Assembly: GCA_963796105.1 (NCBI GenBank)
Contig: CAWCKJ010000003.1
Location: forward strand, 256,001 to 320,000
Source: a candidate division FCPU426 bacterium
GTDB lineage: Bacteria > Oederibacteriota > Muellerivitia > Muellerivitales > Muellerivitaceae
Direction of reading: 5' to 3'
DNA: 64,000 bases
Shown here: positions 51,897 to 61,182 of the stretch, one piece after another
Layout of the letters: each line of letters begins with the position of its first letter
Numbering within the stretch: position 1 is the stretch's first letter
Program-made: the position numbers and the translations under genes
The notes under the pieces: model-generated
What the model was told of the DNA's origin: nothing
Seen by the model: only the letters and a program-made list of their open reading frames with translations
Database searches by the model: none

Positions 51897-52204
51897 TTCT
51901 AGCCACAGATGTGCCGATTCACCATAAAGCAATTATGGAAATCGGTACAATACCAGCCTCTTAAAAGTTTTATGGAAGGCTGGCATGCATGGGATACAAG
52001 GGATTCAACAAGTCTAAATCGTGACAAAGGCTTTGCCTTTGCGCCCGATGGGCGATATGGCTATGCCTGCGGACCGTGAAAAAATTGATTTTTCCATCGG
52101 CCGTCGGCTGAGCCATAGTACACGATCAATAAAATTTTCATTCTAAATCCAATTTTCTTGCCATCCCCTGCATCCCCTGAATCCGTGGCAAAAGACTTGG
52201 TTTT
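51897..52204. repeat. Family D repeat, right inverted copy, containing family C copy 5 (51909-51987)
   Basis: 51897-51995 is the reverse complement of 50762-50860 at 98/99 positions. Confidence 0.85.
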
Positions 52205-52298
52205 ATTTGGCTGGTTGTGATTTAAACTCTTTGTTTAACTAGTCATTGTGAGCCGCGATTTTTTCTTCTGTCAAAAGCTGCTTTGCTCGGAGGGAGAA

Positions 52299-53615
52299 AT
52301 GACAACGAAAAAACAGGAAAAACAACTCATGAACCTCGAAAACAGGGTCATCTACTCAGTAGCCGAACTCATCCAGACCGCAAGAGCCCTTCTGGAAGCC
52401 AAATTCCCCTATGTGCTAGTTGAAGGGGAAATCGGCGAATACACGCTCGCCCCCTCCGGCCACATGTACTTCAACCTCAAGGACTCCAAAAGCTCCCTCG
52501 CTTGCGCCTTTTTCAAGGGTAGTAACCAAGCCCTGGCTTTCAAACCGGAAGCCGGGATGAAGGTGATCGCCGGAGGAGTCCTGACCCTTTATGAGCGTAA
52601 CGGCAAGTTCCAGCTCAATGTCCGGACCTTGGAACCTAAAGGTGTTGGTGCCCTTCAGATTGCTTATGAACAGTTAAAGAAAAAGTTGATGGCCGAGGGC
52701 CTCTTCGAAGAGGAGAGAAAGAAGCCCGTCCCCGAATACCCCCATCGGATCGCCTTGATCACCTCGCCCAGCGGGGCCGCAATCCAGGACTTCATGAAGA
52801 TCCTGGAAACCAGGGTGGGAATCGAGGAAGTGGAGCTATTCCCAGTGAAGGTCCAAGGAACCGAAGCCCCTTTTGAAATCCAAACGGCTATCGAGGAAGT
52901 TTCCCGCTTGGCCTCCCACGATGTCCTGATTCTCACCAGGGGAGGCGGCAGTTTGGAAGATTTGGCCGCCTTTAATGACGAGGGAGTCGTCCGAGCACTG
53001 GCTGAATGCTCCATCCCCACCATCAGCGCCATAGGGCATGAGGTGGATTTCACCCTTTGTGATTTCGTCGCGGACCGCCGGGAACCCACTCCCACCGCGG
53101 CCGCGACCCATTTGGCCCCTGGCAGGGACGAGATCAAGGATCAGTTGGATAATCTCCGCCACCGGTTGCTGGAGGCGCTCGAAAACAACTTGGAATTGAA
53201 AAAGCGTGACTTAAGGGAACTGTTGAAAGCCTTGAGCGAACGACGTCCGGCTTTCTTGTTGGACCAGGCCCGGCAGGACCTGGATTCCCAGGCTGAGGAG
53301 CTCAAGCAACTGCTGCGGAACAATCTTGAGGAAAAACAACTTCAACTGGGCCGGTTAAAGGACATTCTAACCAGGGTCACGCCCCTGATTTTGATCAAAC
53401 CTTACCGGGAAAAGCTTCAGGGGCTCCAAGCCCAAATGGAGGCCTACCATCCCTACGGTCCCTTGAAGCGGGGATATGCCATTGTGACCCGGAAGAAGAC
53501 GGGGAAGATTTTAAGGTCGCCCAAGGGCTTGGAAGCCGGCGAAAGGCTTCAGATCCGGTTCGAGAAAGGCTCCTTGGAGTCGGATGTGGTTTCAATCGAA
53601 TCCGACGAGGGCTAA
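52299..53615 (+). CDS. xseA: Exodeoxyribonuclease VII large subunit
   Basis: SGHMYFNLKD, GAAIQD, RGGGSLEDLAAFNDE, SAIGHEVD, TPTAAA, LKRGY. Confidence 0.96.
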   Translation: MTTKKQEKQLMNLENRVIYSVAELIQTARALLEAKFPYVLVEGEIGEYTLAPSGHMYFNLKDSKSSLACAFFKGSNQALAFKPEAGMKVIAGGVLTLYERNGKFQLNVRTLEPKGVGALQIAYEQLKKKLMAEGLFEEERKKPVPEYPHRIALITSPSGAAIQDFMKILETRVGIEEVELFPVKVQGTEAPFEIQTAIEEVSRLASHDVLILTRGGGSLEDLAAFNDEGVVRALAECSIPTISAIGHEVDFTLCDFVADRREPTPTAAATHLAPGRDEIKDQLDNLRHRLLEALENNLELKKRDLRELLKALSERRPAFLLDQARQDLDSQAEELKQLLRNNLEEKQLQLGRLKDILTRVTPLILIKPYREKLQGLQAQMEAYHPYGPLKRGYAIVTRKKTGKILRSPKGLEAGERLQIRFEKGSLESDVVSIESDEG

Positions 53616-53640
53616 TCAAGACGCATTGAAGTCTTGGGGT

Positions 53641-53682
53641 AAAAAAAATCCCCCATGCTTCTTGGCGAAACATGGGGGATTG
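53641..53682 (-). terminator. Intrinsic terminator between convergent genes
   Basis: A run followed by the hairpin atcccccatg...catgggggat. Confidence 0.6.
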
Positions 53683-53723
53683 GAAGTTTAATTTTTTATA
53701 AAGCGGTCAACAAAAGGCCGAAA

Positions 53724-54239
53724 TTACTTGTCCGTATCAACCGCCGGCAGGTCCTTGTAGCTCTTCAGGACATCTTCCGTGAGATCCACGGCGTCCCTGG
53801 CATAAACGGTCTTGTCCGAGTCCAAAATCAGGTCCACGCCCTTGTCCTTGGCGATTTTCCCGATGATCACCTTGATCTGGTCCAGTAGCTTTTCGGTCAT
53901 CTCCGTGTCCTTATCGGCCAATTCCGACTGCATCTGCTTCTGCTGGGTGGTGAAATCATCCATTTTTTTCTGGAACTCGTATTGTTTTTCCTTCTTCTCG
54001 GCCTTGGTCAAAACGGCGCTGGAGCTTTCCAGCTCGGTTTGAAGTTTTTCCAAATCCTTCTTCAGGGGAAGTAAATCCGCCTGTTTCTCCTGGATCAATT
54101 CCTTCATCTTGATGTCCCCGGCTTTTTTGCCCGGAAACTCGTTGAAGAGTTTCTTCAAATCCACCGTACCGACCTTGTAATCCTTGGCGAACGAAACCGA
54201 CGCAACCATAACACAGCACAGAAAAGTGATGAACCGCAT
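53724..54239 (-). CDS. OmpH/Skp periplasmic chaperone
   Basis: Signal peptide, KVGTVDL, IAKDKGVDLILD, DLTEDVLK. Confidence 0.92.
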   Translation of the reverse strand: MRFITFLCCVMVASVSFAKDYKVGTVDLKKLFNEFPGKKAGDIKMKELIQEKQADLLPLKKDLEKLQTELESSSAVLTKAEKKEKQYEFQKKMDDFTTQQKQMQSELADKDTEMTEKLLDQIKVIIGKIAKDKGVDLILDSDKTVYARDAVDLTEDVLKSYKDLPAVDTDK

Positions 54240-54663
54240 GAAAGCTCCTTTGAGAATATTTGTTTGAATTAAAACCCCTAACATGAACACCACAGACTTG
54301 CCTGTGGGCGGCCTTCCTTACAAGAAAACCAGCCGCATAAGATAACCACTGAACCAGGTTAAAATCCAGAGACTTTTTCCGGGAATCCGAAAAAGCCCGC
54401 CAGAATGAAGCTCATCTTGGACCTAATCACAAGCCGGAATTCGCCTAATGTTTTCGTTGCTTTTAATGTCTGGCGCGGTTTTAGACGCATTTGCATGGCC
54501 TGGAGGGTCATTTGTTTTCAACCTCATTGGGGTGGAATTAATCATAACCTTTTACCTATTCGTAACAATAATTGGGACCCGACACTTACTTGACGGGTCC
54601 TTCGTCAAAACCGCATACACATTCATCAACCCGTTTCAGGTTGAATTTTCAGGGAGGCATTAC

Positions 54664-55281
54664 ATGAAAAAATTATCGAGTCTCATCTTAGCGGGAAGCC
54701 TGGTGGCGGCCTTGGCCTTCAGCTTCTCGCCCGTTCTCCGCGCCCAGGACCAGGATCAGTCCCCTCAACCGGACCAGGCCAAAGGCGGAAGGTCCGCTGA
54801 AAAGGGCGGTTGGGGAAAAAGCCATATGGGCTGGGGCCCCATGGGAAAATTGGGCCTGACCGACGACCAACAAGCCAAGATGAAGGAATTGTTCAAGTCT
54901 CGTGGAGAGGACATGAAACCCCTGAAGGACCACGTCCAACTGGACAGGGATACCTTGAGGCTCCAGGTTGATTCCAACGCCTCCAAGTCCGAATTGACCT
55001 CCACGATGGAGAAGCTCTCTAACGATCAAAAAGCCCTTCGTTCTTCCCAGGAGAAATTCCAGGATAAGCTCAAATCCATTCTCACCCCCAAACAGCAGGC
55101 CCAGATGATCCTCTTCAAGGGCGGCCACCGGGGCGGTGGTTTTGGCTGCCAAAACCGCGGGGGAAAAGGAAGCTGGGGCAAACCAGGCATGGGACGCGCC
55201 CACGGTCATTGGGACAAATCCAAGAAATCAAAAAGGGATGGCTCAAAAGATACCCCAGCCCCCCCTGCCGACCAGAATTAA
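54664..55281 (+). CDS. Spy/CpxP-family periplasmic protein
   Basis: Two LTxxQ motifs (LGLTDDQQ, ILTPKQQ), signal peptide, GGAGG RBS. Confidence 0.9.
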   Translation: MKKLSSLILAGSLVAALAFSFSPVLRAQDQDQSPQPDQAKGGRSAEKGGWGKSHMGWGPMGKLGLTDDQQAKMKELFKSRGEDMKPLKDHVQLDRDTLRLQVDSNASKSELTSTMEKLSNDQKALRSSQEKFQDKLKSILTPKQQAQMILFKGGHRGGGFGCQNRGGKGSWGKPGMGRAHGHWDKSKKSKRDGSKDTPAPPADQN

Positions 55282-55302
55282 ATTCACTTCTCTCCGCACC
55301 TC

Positions 55303-55340
55303 CGCCTGCCGGTTCCCAAATCCGGCAGGCGTTTGTTTTT
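55303..55340 (+). terminator. Intrinsic terminator
   Basis: cgcctgccgg..ccggcaggcg followed by a T-rich tail. Confidence 0.65.
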
Positions 55341-55478
55341 CGGCGAATCAGCCTTTCCCTTGAGCTTTTGGCCGTGTGAATTGTCAAAATTTCAATTCAG
55401 GGGCCTGAACAACCGCCGGTAAATTCTTAAATTCAATCCGAGGCAGAAAAAAACTCAATTCCTAAGTTGGAGCAAACC

Positions 55479-57269
55479 ATGAGGACTGAAGCCATAAAGA
55501 ACGACCGAGCCAGGAACATCCTCGCCGCGGGCAAGGAACGGGGATTTATCACCCATAAGCAGGTAAATGATCTGTTGCCCGAGGATTCCGTTTCTTCCGG
55601 TGAAATCGAGGACATCCTCCTCTTGCTGGGGGAGAACGACGTTAAGATCCTGGAACCGGACGATCAAAACGAATCCCTGGAGGAAAAGGAGGATCCGAAA
55701 CCCGTCTCAACCGGCGCCTCTCTGCTCCTGGAAGAACCAGGGGACAACATGGATTCGGAGGAAGCCGCCGCCTTCCGGTCGGCCGATTCCGTCAAAATGT
55801 ACCTTCGGCAGATGGGGCGGACACCGCTCCTGACACGCGAGCAGGAAATCTCCACCGCCAAGCGCATGGAAGCCGGCGATTTCAAGCATGAAAAGATAGT
55901 CCTGGGTTCCTCCCTTGGGTCCCAGGTATTGCGAAACCTCCTGGACGGCATCCTCAAGAAAAAGAAAACCCTCCAGGAGAGCATCAACCTGGAGCCTTAC
56001 GACGGACTGCCTTGGGGACCTCCGGAAAAGAAAATCCTGGCCGGGCTCAGGAAGAATTTCTCCAAGCTCAGGATTTTGGAACGGAAGATCAAGATTCTTC
56101 AGGGCCGATTGGAGTTGAAGAACATGGACCCCGCGAGACGGGAGGCCTTCACCAAAAAGCTGGATGACCTTCTCATCGACCTCATCTGGCTGGTCAAGGA
56201 GTGCCAATTCCATAAGAAGGTCAAGGAAAGCCTCCTGGGATGCCTGCACGAGCCCTGCGAGGCCATCGAGAGGCATGAACAGACCATGCGCCTCCAGGAG
56301 AAGAGGCTGAAACTTTCCGCAGAGGGCTACCTTAAACTTCCCGGCGCCCTCAAGCGGGGTTTGCCGGGCGAGATCAAGGCCCTGGTGAAAAAAAGCGCCC
56401 TGAAGGGGGACGCGTTCGCCGAATCATGCCAACTCTGGGATGAGGCGAGGCGGGGGATCAAGCAATGGGAGAAAAAGGCCATGGCCGGCAGGGAACAGAT
56501 CAAAGCCATGATGAAATTGATTCGGGAAGGGGAGCGGGAGGCCTACCGCGCCCGCATGGAAATGGTGGAGGCCAACCTGCGCCTGGTCATTTCCATCGCC
56601 AAAAGGCACGTCAACCGGGGTTTGCCGTTCCTGGACCTCATCCAGGAGGGGAACATCGGCCTTATGCGGGCCGTCGAGAAATTCGAGTACCGGCGGGGTT
56701 ACAAATTCTCAACCTATGCCACCTGGTGGATCCGCCAGGCTATTACCCGGGCCGTCATGGACCGTTCCCGCACCATCCGCATCCCGGTCCATTTGGTCGA
56801 GGTCATCAACAAGTCCTTAAAAGCCTCAAGCGAGCTGGTGCAGGAACTGGGCCATGAGCCCACGGTGGATGAGATCGCGGAACGCCTGAAAATGCCCGTT
56901 GAGAAAGTCCGTTTTTTCCTCAAGTCCGCCCAGGCCCCTGTTTCACTGGAAACACCCATCGGAGAGGAGAAGGACAGCCACTTGGGTGATTTTATCGCCG
57001 ACAAAGAAGCCATAAGTCCTGAAACAGCGGCTTCCGAGACGCGGTTAAAGGAACACATTTCCGAAGCCCTGGGCAAACTCCATGAACGGGAAGCGGAAGT
57101 CTTGCGCCACCGGTTCGGCCTGAAAAACGGGGTCCCGCTTACCCTGGAGGAAGTGGGGAATATCTTCAAGGTCAGCCGTGAGCGAATCCGGCAGATCGAG
57201 GCTAAGGCCCTCAAGAAATTAAAAAGTCCCTCCCGAAACCGCGTCCTGAAGGACTATTTCGAGCTGTAA
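55479..57269 (+). CDS. RpoD-like sigma70 factor (regions 1.1-4, divergent)
   Basis: [59 protein letters not shown]. Confidence 0.93.
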   Translation: MRTEAIKNDRARNILAAGKERGFITHKQVNDLLPEDSVSSGEIEDILLLLGENDVKILEPDDQNESLEEKEDPKPVSTGASLLLEEPGDNMDSEEAAAFRSADSVKMYLRQMGRTPLLTREQEISTAKRMEAGDFKHEKIVLGSSLGSQVLRNLLDGILKKKKTLQESINLEPYDGLPWGPPEKKILAGLRKNFSKLRILERKIKILQGRLELKNMDPARREAFTKKLDDLLIDLIWLVKECQFHKKVKESLLGCLHEPCEAIERHEQTMRLQEKRLKLSAEGYLKLPGALKRGLPGEIKALVKKSALKGDAFAESCQLWDEARRGIKQWEKKAMAGREQIKAMMKLIREGEREAYRARMEMVEANLRLVISIAKRHVNRGLPFLDLIQEGNIGLMRAVEKFEYRRGYKFSTYATWWIRQAITRAVMDRSRTIRIPVHLVEVINKSLKASSELVQELGHEPTVDEIAERLKMPVEKVRFFLKSAQAPVSLETPIGEEKDSHLGDFIADKEAISPETAASETRLKEHISEALGKLHEREAEVLRHRFGLKNGVPLTLEEVGNIFKVSRERIRQIEAKALKKLKSPSRNRVLKDYFEL

Positions 57270-57444
57270 ACTCAACATTGGCAAATTTTAGGATGTTGGT
57301 TCTTCCCCCTCTGAAAGAGGGGGATTGAGGGGAAGTTAGCCTCTAAGTGTTACACAGTAAAAACCAATACCCCCTCCCTCCCCTTTTTCAAAGGGTGATA
57401 ACTTTGTATATATTGAATCAGATAAATACTTGCCGAACCTGAGT
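57270..57444. repeat. Family B element, copy 2
   Basis: ACTCAACATTGGCAA...TTGCCGAACCTGAGT; colinear with 5325-5548 without the insert. Confidence 0.8.
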
Positions 57445-57563
57445 AAATCACAAACACTTTTTGGATGAGCATGCAAATTGAATTATAGCCGACACTAAAG
57501 GGCGGACATATACGTCCAAATCACACGACGTTTTAAATAACACAATTTAAAAGGGAGGCATTT

Positions 57564-57728
57564 GTGAGGAAATTATTCTTGTTTTGCATTCTGGGTTTGA
57601 CCGCGTTTGTGTTGGTGACGGGTTGCGAATCCATTCCGGTTGAGAAAAGCACCACCGGCGCCGCGGCGCAAACGGCTCCCTCAGCCGCTACCACACCCAC
57701 CACGGCAGTAGCGACTCCGGCGAAGTAA
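57564..57728 (+). CDS. Small 54-aa Thr/Ala-rich lipoprotein (not in the ORF track)
   Basis: GGGAGG RBS, GTG start, MRKLFLFCILGLTAFVLVTG-C lipobox, terminator downstream. Confidence 0.8.
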   Translation: MRKLFLFCILGLTAFVLVTGCESIPVEKSTTGAAAQTAPSAATTPTTAVATPAK

Positions 57729-57765
57729 CTCCAATAGTCCTTTCGCCTCAAAATTAAATCAGTCC

Positions 57766-57803
57766 AAAAAAGCCCCTTTGGTTTAAACCGAAGGGGCTTT
57801 TTT
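57766..57803. terminator. Bidirectional intrinsic terminator
   Basis: aaaaaagcccctttgg..ccgaaggggctttttt. Confidence 0.8.
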
Positions 57804-57826
57804 ATCAGCAGATGAACCGCTAAGCT

Positions 57827-59053
57827 TCAATAGGGGTTCGGGCCGAAGATCTCAATGATGTTTTTATCATAATCCGCGACGAAAATATTATTGTTGTAAA
57901 GCAGGACGCCATCAGGCCCCAGCAGGGGCGTGGCGCCAGCTCCACTTCCGTCAATCAAGCCCAGTTGTGTTCCGGAATTCGTGTAAACCTCCACCTGGCT
58001 GTTGTAATAATCCGCCACGTAAACATTGTTGGAGGCGTCCAGGCAAAGGCCGTAAATGCCGAAAGAAGAGGTTTCTGGCAGGTCCCAAACCCCATTGACC
58101 GAGATTGTTCCCCCGCTGGATGAAAGATTCCAAAGCTCGTTATTGTAGCCGTCCGCGAAATAAATATTGTCGCTGGAATCCAGGGCGACAGCGGAGGCCC
58201 CGATCTGGGTTCCGCCGCCGCTCCAAGATGCGATAGGTGATCCGGTGGGACCAAACTCCTCCAACATAGCGTTACCCGCGTCGGCGACATAAACATTGCC
58301 GTTTGAATCCATCGCGATGCCGTAGGGATAATAGAAGTTCGTCCCGTTATAGCCGGTCCAATATCCAAGGGTGGCAGGGACGGCGCCAGGGGAGAAGGCA
58401 TAAACCGCGGCTCCCGCGCCGGTTGTCTCATTTCCAAGCTCCAAAACATAAACCGTGGAACCGGCCGAATTGACGGCCACACCATTAGGGTATTGGAACG
58501 CGGTTGTCCCGTAACTGGACCAGGTCCATTTCAAGGTGTTTCCAACGGCGTTAAAGACCTGGACTTGTGCGATTGTCGAACCGTCGCCCTCGGCGGCATA
58601 AATGTACCCGTTGGCATAGGCGATACCGTTTGGAACGGTTACCCCAATGTTGGCGACGAATGCCGGGGTCGAGAGGAAGGTCGGAGTAATGGTGGGCGAT
58701 AAGGTAGCCGTGGGACTGTTGGTAATGGTGGGTGTCAGGGTGATCGTCGGGGTTAAGGTTATCGTGGGGGTATTGGTTGAGGTCGGGCTCCACGTGGGGG
58801 TCAATGTCATGGTAGGGGACAGGGTATTCGTCGGCGTGAGGCTTGGAGTGAGGGTAGGGGTTAAGGTCGGTGTATTGGTAGGGGTATGTGTCGGGGTGGG
58901 TGTAAGGGTATCAGTCGGGGTGGAAGTCCAACCGTTCAGGTTGGTGGGCGTCGCCGTCGGAGGAACCGGCTTTGGCGAAACACTGTATGAATTACTGCAT
59001 GCCAGTGGAAATAACATTCCCATCAAAGCCAGGGCAAGTAATAAATACCTCAT
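57827..59053 (-). CDS. Lipoprotein with Pro/Thr linker and NHL beta-propeller repeats
   Basis: PLAC lipobox, long TPT linker, repeated P.GIA.DS.GNVYVAD units. Confidence 0.9.
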   Translation of the reverse strand: MRYLLLALALMGMLFPLACSNSYSVSPKPVPPTATPTNLNGWTSTPTDTLTPTPTHTPTNTPTLTPTLTPSLTPTNTLSPTMTLTPTWSPTSTNTPTITLTPTITLTPTITNSPTATLSPTITPTFLSTPAFVANIGVTVPNGIAYANGYIYAAEGDGSTIAQVQVFNAVGNTLKWTWSSYGTTAFQYPNGVAVNSAGSTVYVLELGNETTGAGAAVYAFSPGAVPATLGYWTGYNGTNFYYPYGIAMDSNGNVYVADAGNAMLEEFGPTGSPIASWSGGGTQIGASAVALDSSDNIYFADGYNNELWNLSSSGGTISVNGVWDLPETSSFGIYGLCLDASNNVYVADYYNSQVEVYTNSGTQLGLIDGSGAGATPLLGPDGVLLYNNNIFVADYDKNIIEIFGPNPY

Positions 59054-59488
59054 CAAAGCCTCCAATCGGAATAAAAAGAACGCCTACATTAGACGCTTTC
59101 CAGGCCCAAATAAGCCTTTTTATTAAAGCTCAAACCTTTTATAAGTGGCATTTCCGCATATATGTTCACCTGCGGGCAAGGGCGTGTTCCTAGTAAACTT
59201 AATTGGCAAGAGACCGGTTTTCTGGCGACATTTGGAGATAAACCGCCCACATCTCTGCTGGCATGGGGGATAAACTGCCCACATTCCTGCCCGCAAGTTT
59301 CGGGATTTGACGGTTTGGCACAATCGCTTCGAAGTGGCACAATCCTCGAAAAGTGGCACAATCGGCCGGGATACCCCTGAGCCCACAAGGCGAAGCATGG
59401 AACGCGCCCTACAAGTTGGACAGTTGAAGCAAAAAATAGAGAATAGGGAAACGGCTCAAGGGGTAACCCCCCAAAGGAGCATTTCCAA

Positions 59489-59836
59489 ATGGGTAAAATA
59501 AGACGGAAGTTCAGTATTGATTTCAAAGAACAAGTCGTCCACGAGGTAGAAACTGGCCTATCGCTCAATGAAGCTGCTCGTCAATACCAGCTCAATCCAA
59601 GCGTTATAACCCGTTGGCGCGATAAATATCGCCAAGGAACCTTGGTTGAAAAACCTTCCCTTCACGAAAAAATATTGGAAAAAGAGAATGAGAAACTCAA
59701 AGCCAAGATTGGGGAATTGATCATGGCGATAGACCTTTTAAAAAAATTCCAAAAATACGCGGAAAACCAGAGAAAGCTCGATACCTCCGTGATCACCTCA
59801 AGGAATTTGGCTCAATTTCAAGAGGATGCCAAATGA
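59489..59836 (+). CDS. IS3 transposase OrfA
   Basis: RRKFSIDFKEQVV, HTH, coiled coil; A7 run at 59740-59746. Confidence 0.92.
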   Translation: MGKIRRKFSIDFKEQVVHEVETGLSLNEAARQYQLNPSVITRWRDKYRQGTLVEKPSLHEKILEKENEKLKAKIGELIMAIDLLKKFQKYAENQRKLDTSVITSRNLAQFQEDAK

Positions 59837-60594
59837 TGGGGCTTCCTCGAAGTACCTATTATTCTGCACTTAAAAGTGAACCGGAGATTCAGGAACAAAG
59901 AGATTTGGACTTAAAGAACCGAATCGAGCAGGTGAGATTGACCTTCCCCTACTACGGCTATCGGAGGCTCTACCACCACTTTTTACGGGAGGGATTAAGG
60001 ATTAACGCCAAACGGATTCGGCGGGTGGTAAGGAAATACGGTCTTTACCCTATTATTTGGGGGAAAAGGTTCAAGATCCAAACCACCCAATCCAATCACG
60101 ACCTGCCGGTGTTCCCCAACCTCTTGGAAAGGGTGGCAGAAACTGCTGTCAATCAAGTGTGGGTGGCGGATATTACCTATATCCGAATCCTCACTTGCTT
60201 TGTTTATCTGGCGGCCATTCTGGATCGTTTTTCCAGAAAGGTGATCGGGTGGGCGGTTTCCAAGAGACTGGATCGGGAGTTGTCGCTTTCGGCTTTACGC
60301 ATGGCTTTAGAGGAAAGGAATCCTCTTCCGGGATGCATCCACCATTCAGACAGAGGGGTGCAATATGCCTGCTGGGATTACGTGGCCCTGCTTGAGTCCA
60401 AAGGATTAAGGATCAGCATGTCCAGGACAGGCAACCCTTACGACAATGCAAATGCGGAATCCTTTTTCAAAACCTTGAAATATGAGGAGGTGCATCTATT
60501 CAATTACGAAACTTATCAGGAAGTGCTTCAAAGACTTCCATACTTCATCGAGGAGGTGTATAACAAAAAACGGTTGCATTCTTCTATCGGCTAA
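59833..60594 (+). CDS. IS3 transposase OrfB (DDE) with a premature stop near the C-terminus
   Basis: WVADITYI, HHSDRGVQY, DNANAESFFKTLK; LHSSIG*MPPEEFE. Confidence 0.92.
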   Translation: MMGLPRSTYYSALKSEPEIQEQRDLDLKNRIEQVRLTFPYYGYRRLYHHFLREGLRINAKRIRRVVRKYGLYPIIWGKRFKIQTTQSNHDLPVFPNLLERVAETAVNQVWVADITYIRILTCFVYLAAILDRFSRKVIGWAVSKRLDRELSLSALRMALEERNPLPGCIHHSDRGVQYACWDYVALLESKGLRISMSRTGNPYDNANAESFFKTLKYEEVHLFNYETYQEVLQRLPYFIEEVYNKKRLHSSIG

Positions 60595-60930
60595 ATGCCG
60601 CCTGAGGAGTTCGAGGCTTTAAAGTCACTCAAACCAATCGCCGGAAAACCTATTCTCAACTTGGAGTAAAAACTGTCCAAGGTTTGGGGCGCACACCAGC
60701 ATGTGATTTGGGTGTGTTGGCGCCAATATAATGGCGCCAATAACCCGGTGTCAGGAAAACTATGGTTTTATTGGCGTTTTTAATCCGTTTTATTAATCGT
60801 TTTTGATTGTGCCAACCGATTGTGCCATTGTGCCACTCCGTGACATGCCGGTTTTTACTGGTTTGGCACAATCGCCCCGAAGTGGCACAATCCGGCTCCG
60901 GGAACATGAGGATAAACCGCCCACATTTCC

Positions 60931-61107
60931 GTCGGTAAGCCGGGATAACCTGGTGACAGTACCGCCGGCACGGGTCGGTAAGCTGGGATAACCTGGTGAC
61001 AGTACCGTCGGCACGGGTCGGTAAGCTGGGATAACCTGGTGACAGTACCGTCGGCACGGGTCGGTAACCCAGGATAACCTGGTGACAGTCCCGTCGGCAT
61101 CTGTCGG
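60931..61107. repeat. Tandem repeat, 4 x 43 bp
   Basis: Unit GTCGGTAAGCYGGGATAACCTGGTGACAGTACCGYCGGCACGG at 60931, 60974, 61017 and 61060. Confidence 0.92.
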
Positions 61108-61182
61108 AAATAGAAGCCGTTACTTGGGAACATAATTAGATTTTATTTGTTATTCACGGCGTGAATAATTATTATAAATCAC

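Larger units (their letters stand above)
59398..60698 (+). mobile_element. IS3-family insertion sequence (1301 bp)
   Basis: TG...CA ends, IRs TGGAACGCGCCCTACAAGTTGGACAGTT / AACTGTCCAAGGTTTGGGGCGCACACCA, 3-bp GCA target duplication. Confidence 0.95.

Noticed and set aside
57270..57444. c-di-GMP-I riboswitch (GGCAAA...TTGCCG)
   Set aside because: The internal motifs are missing; the match is the terminal repeat of family B.
59316..59363. Sigma54 promoter (TGGCAC)
   Set aside because: No TTGC at the -12 position; the motif is tandemly repeated instead.
60931..61107. CRISPR array
   Set aside because: Head-to-tail repeats with no unique spacers.
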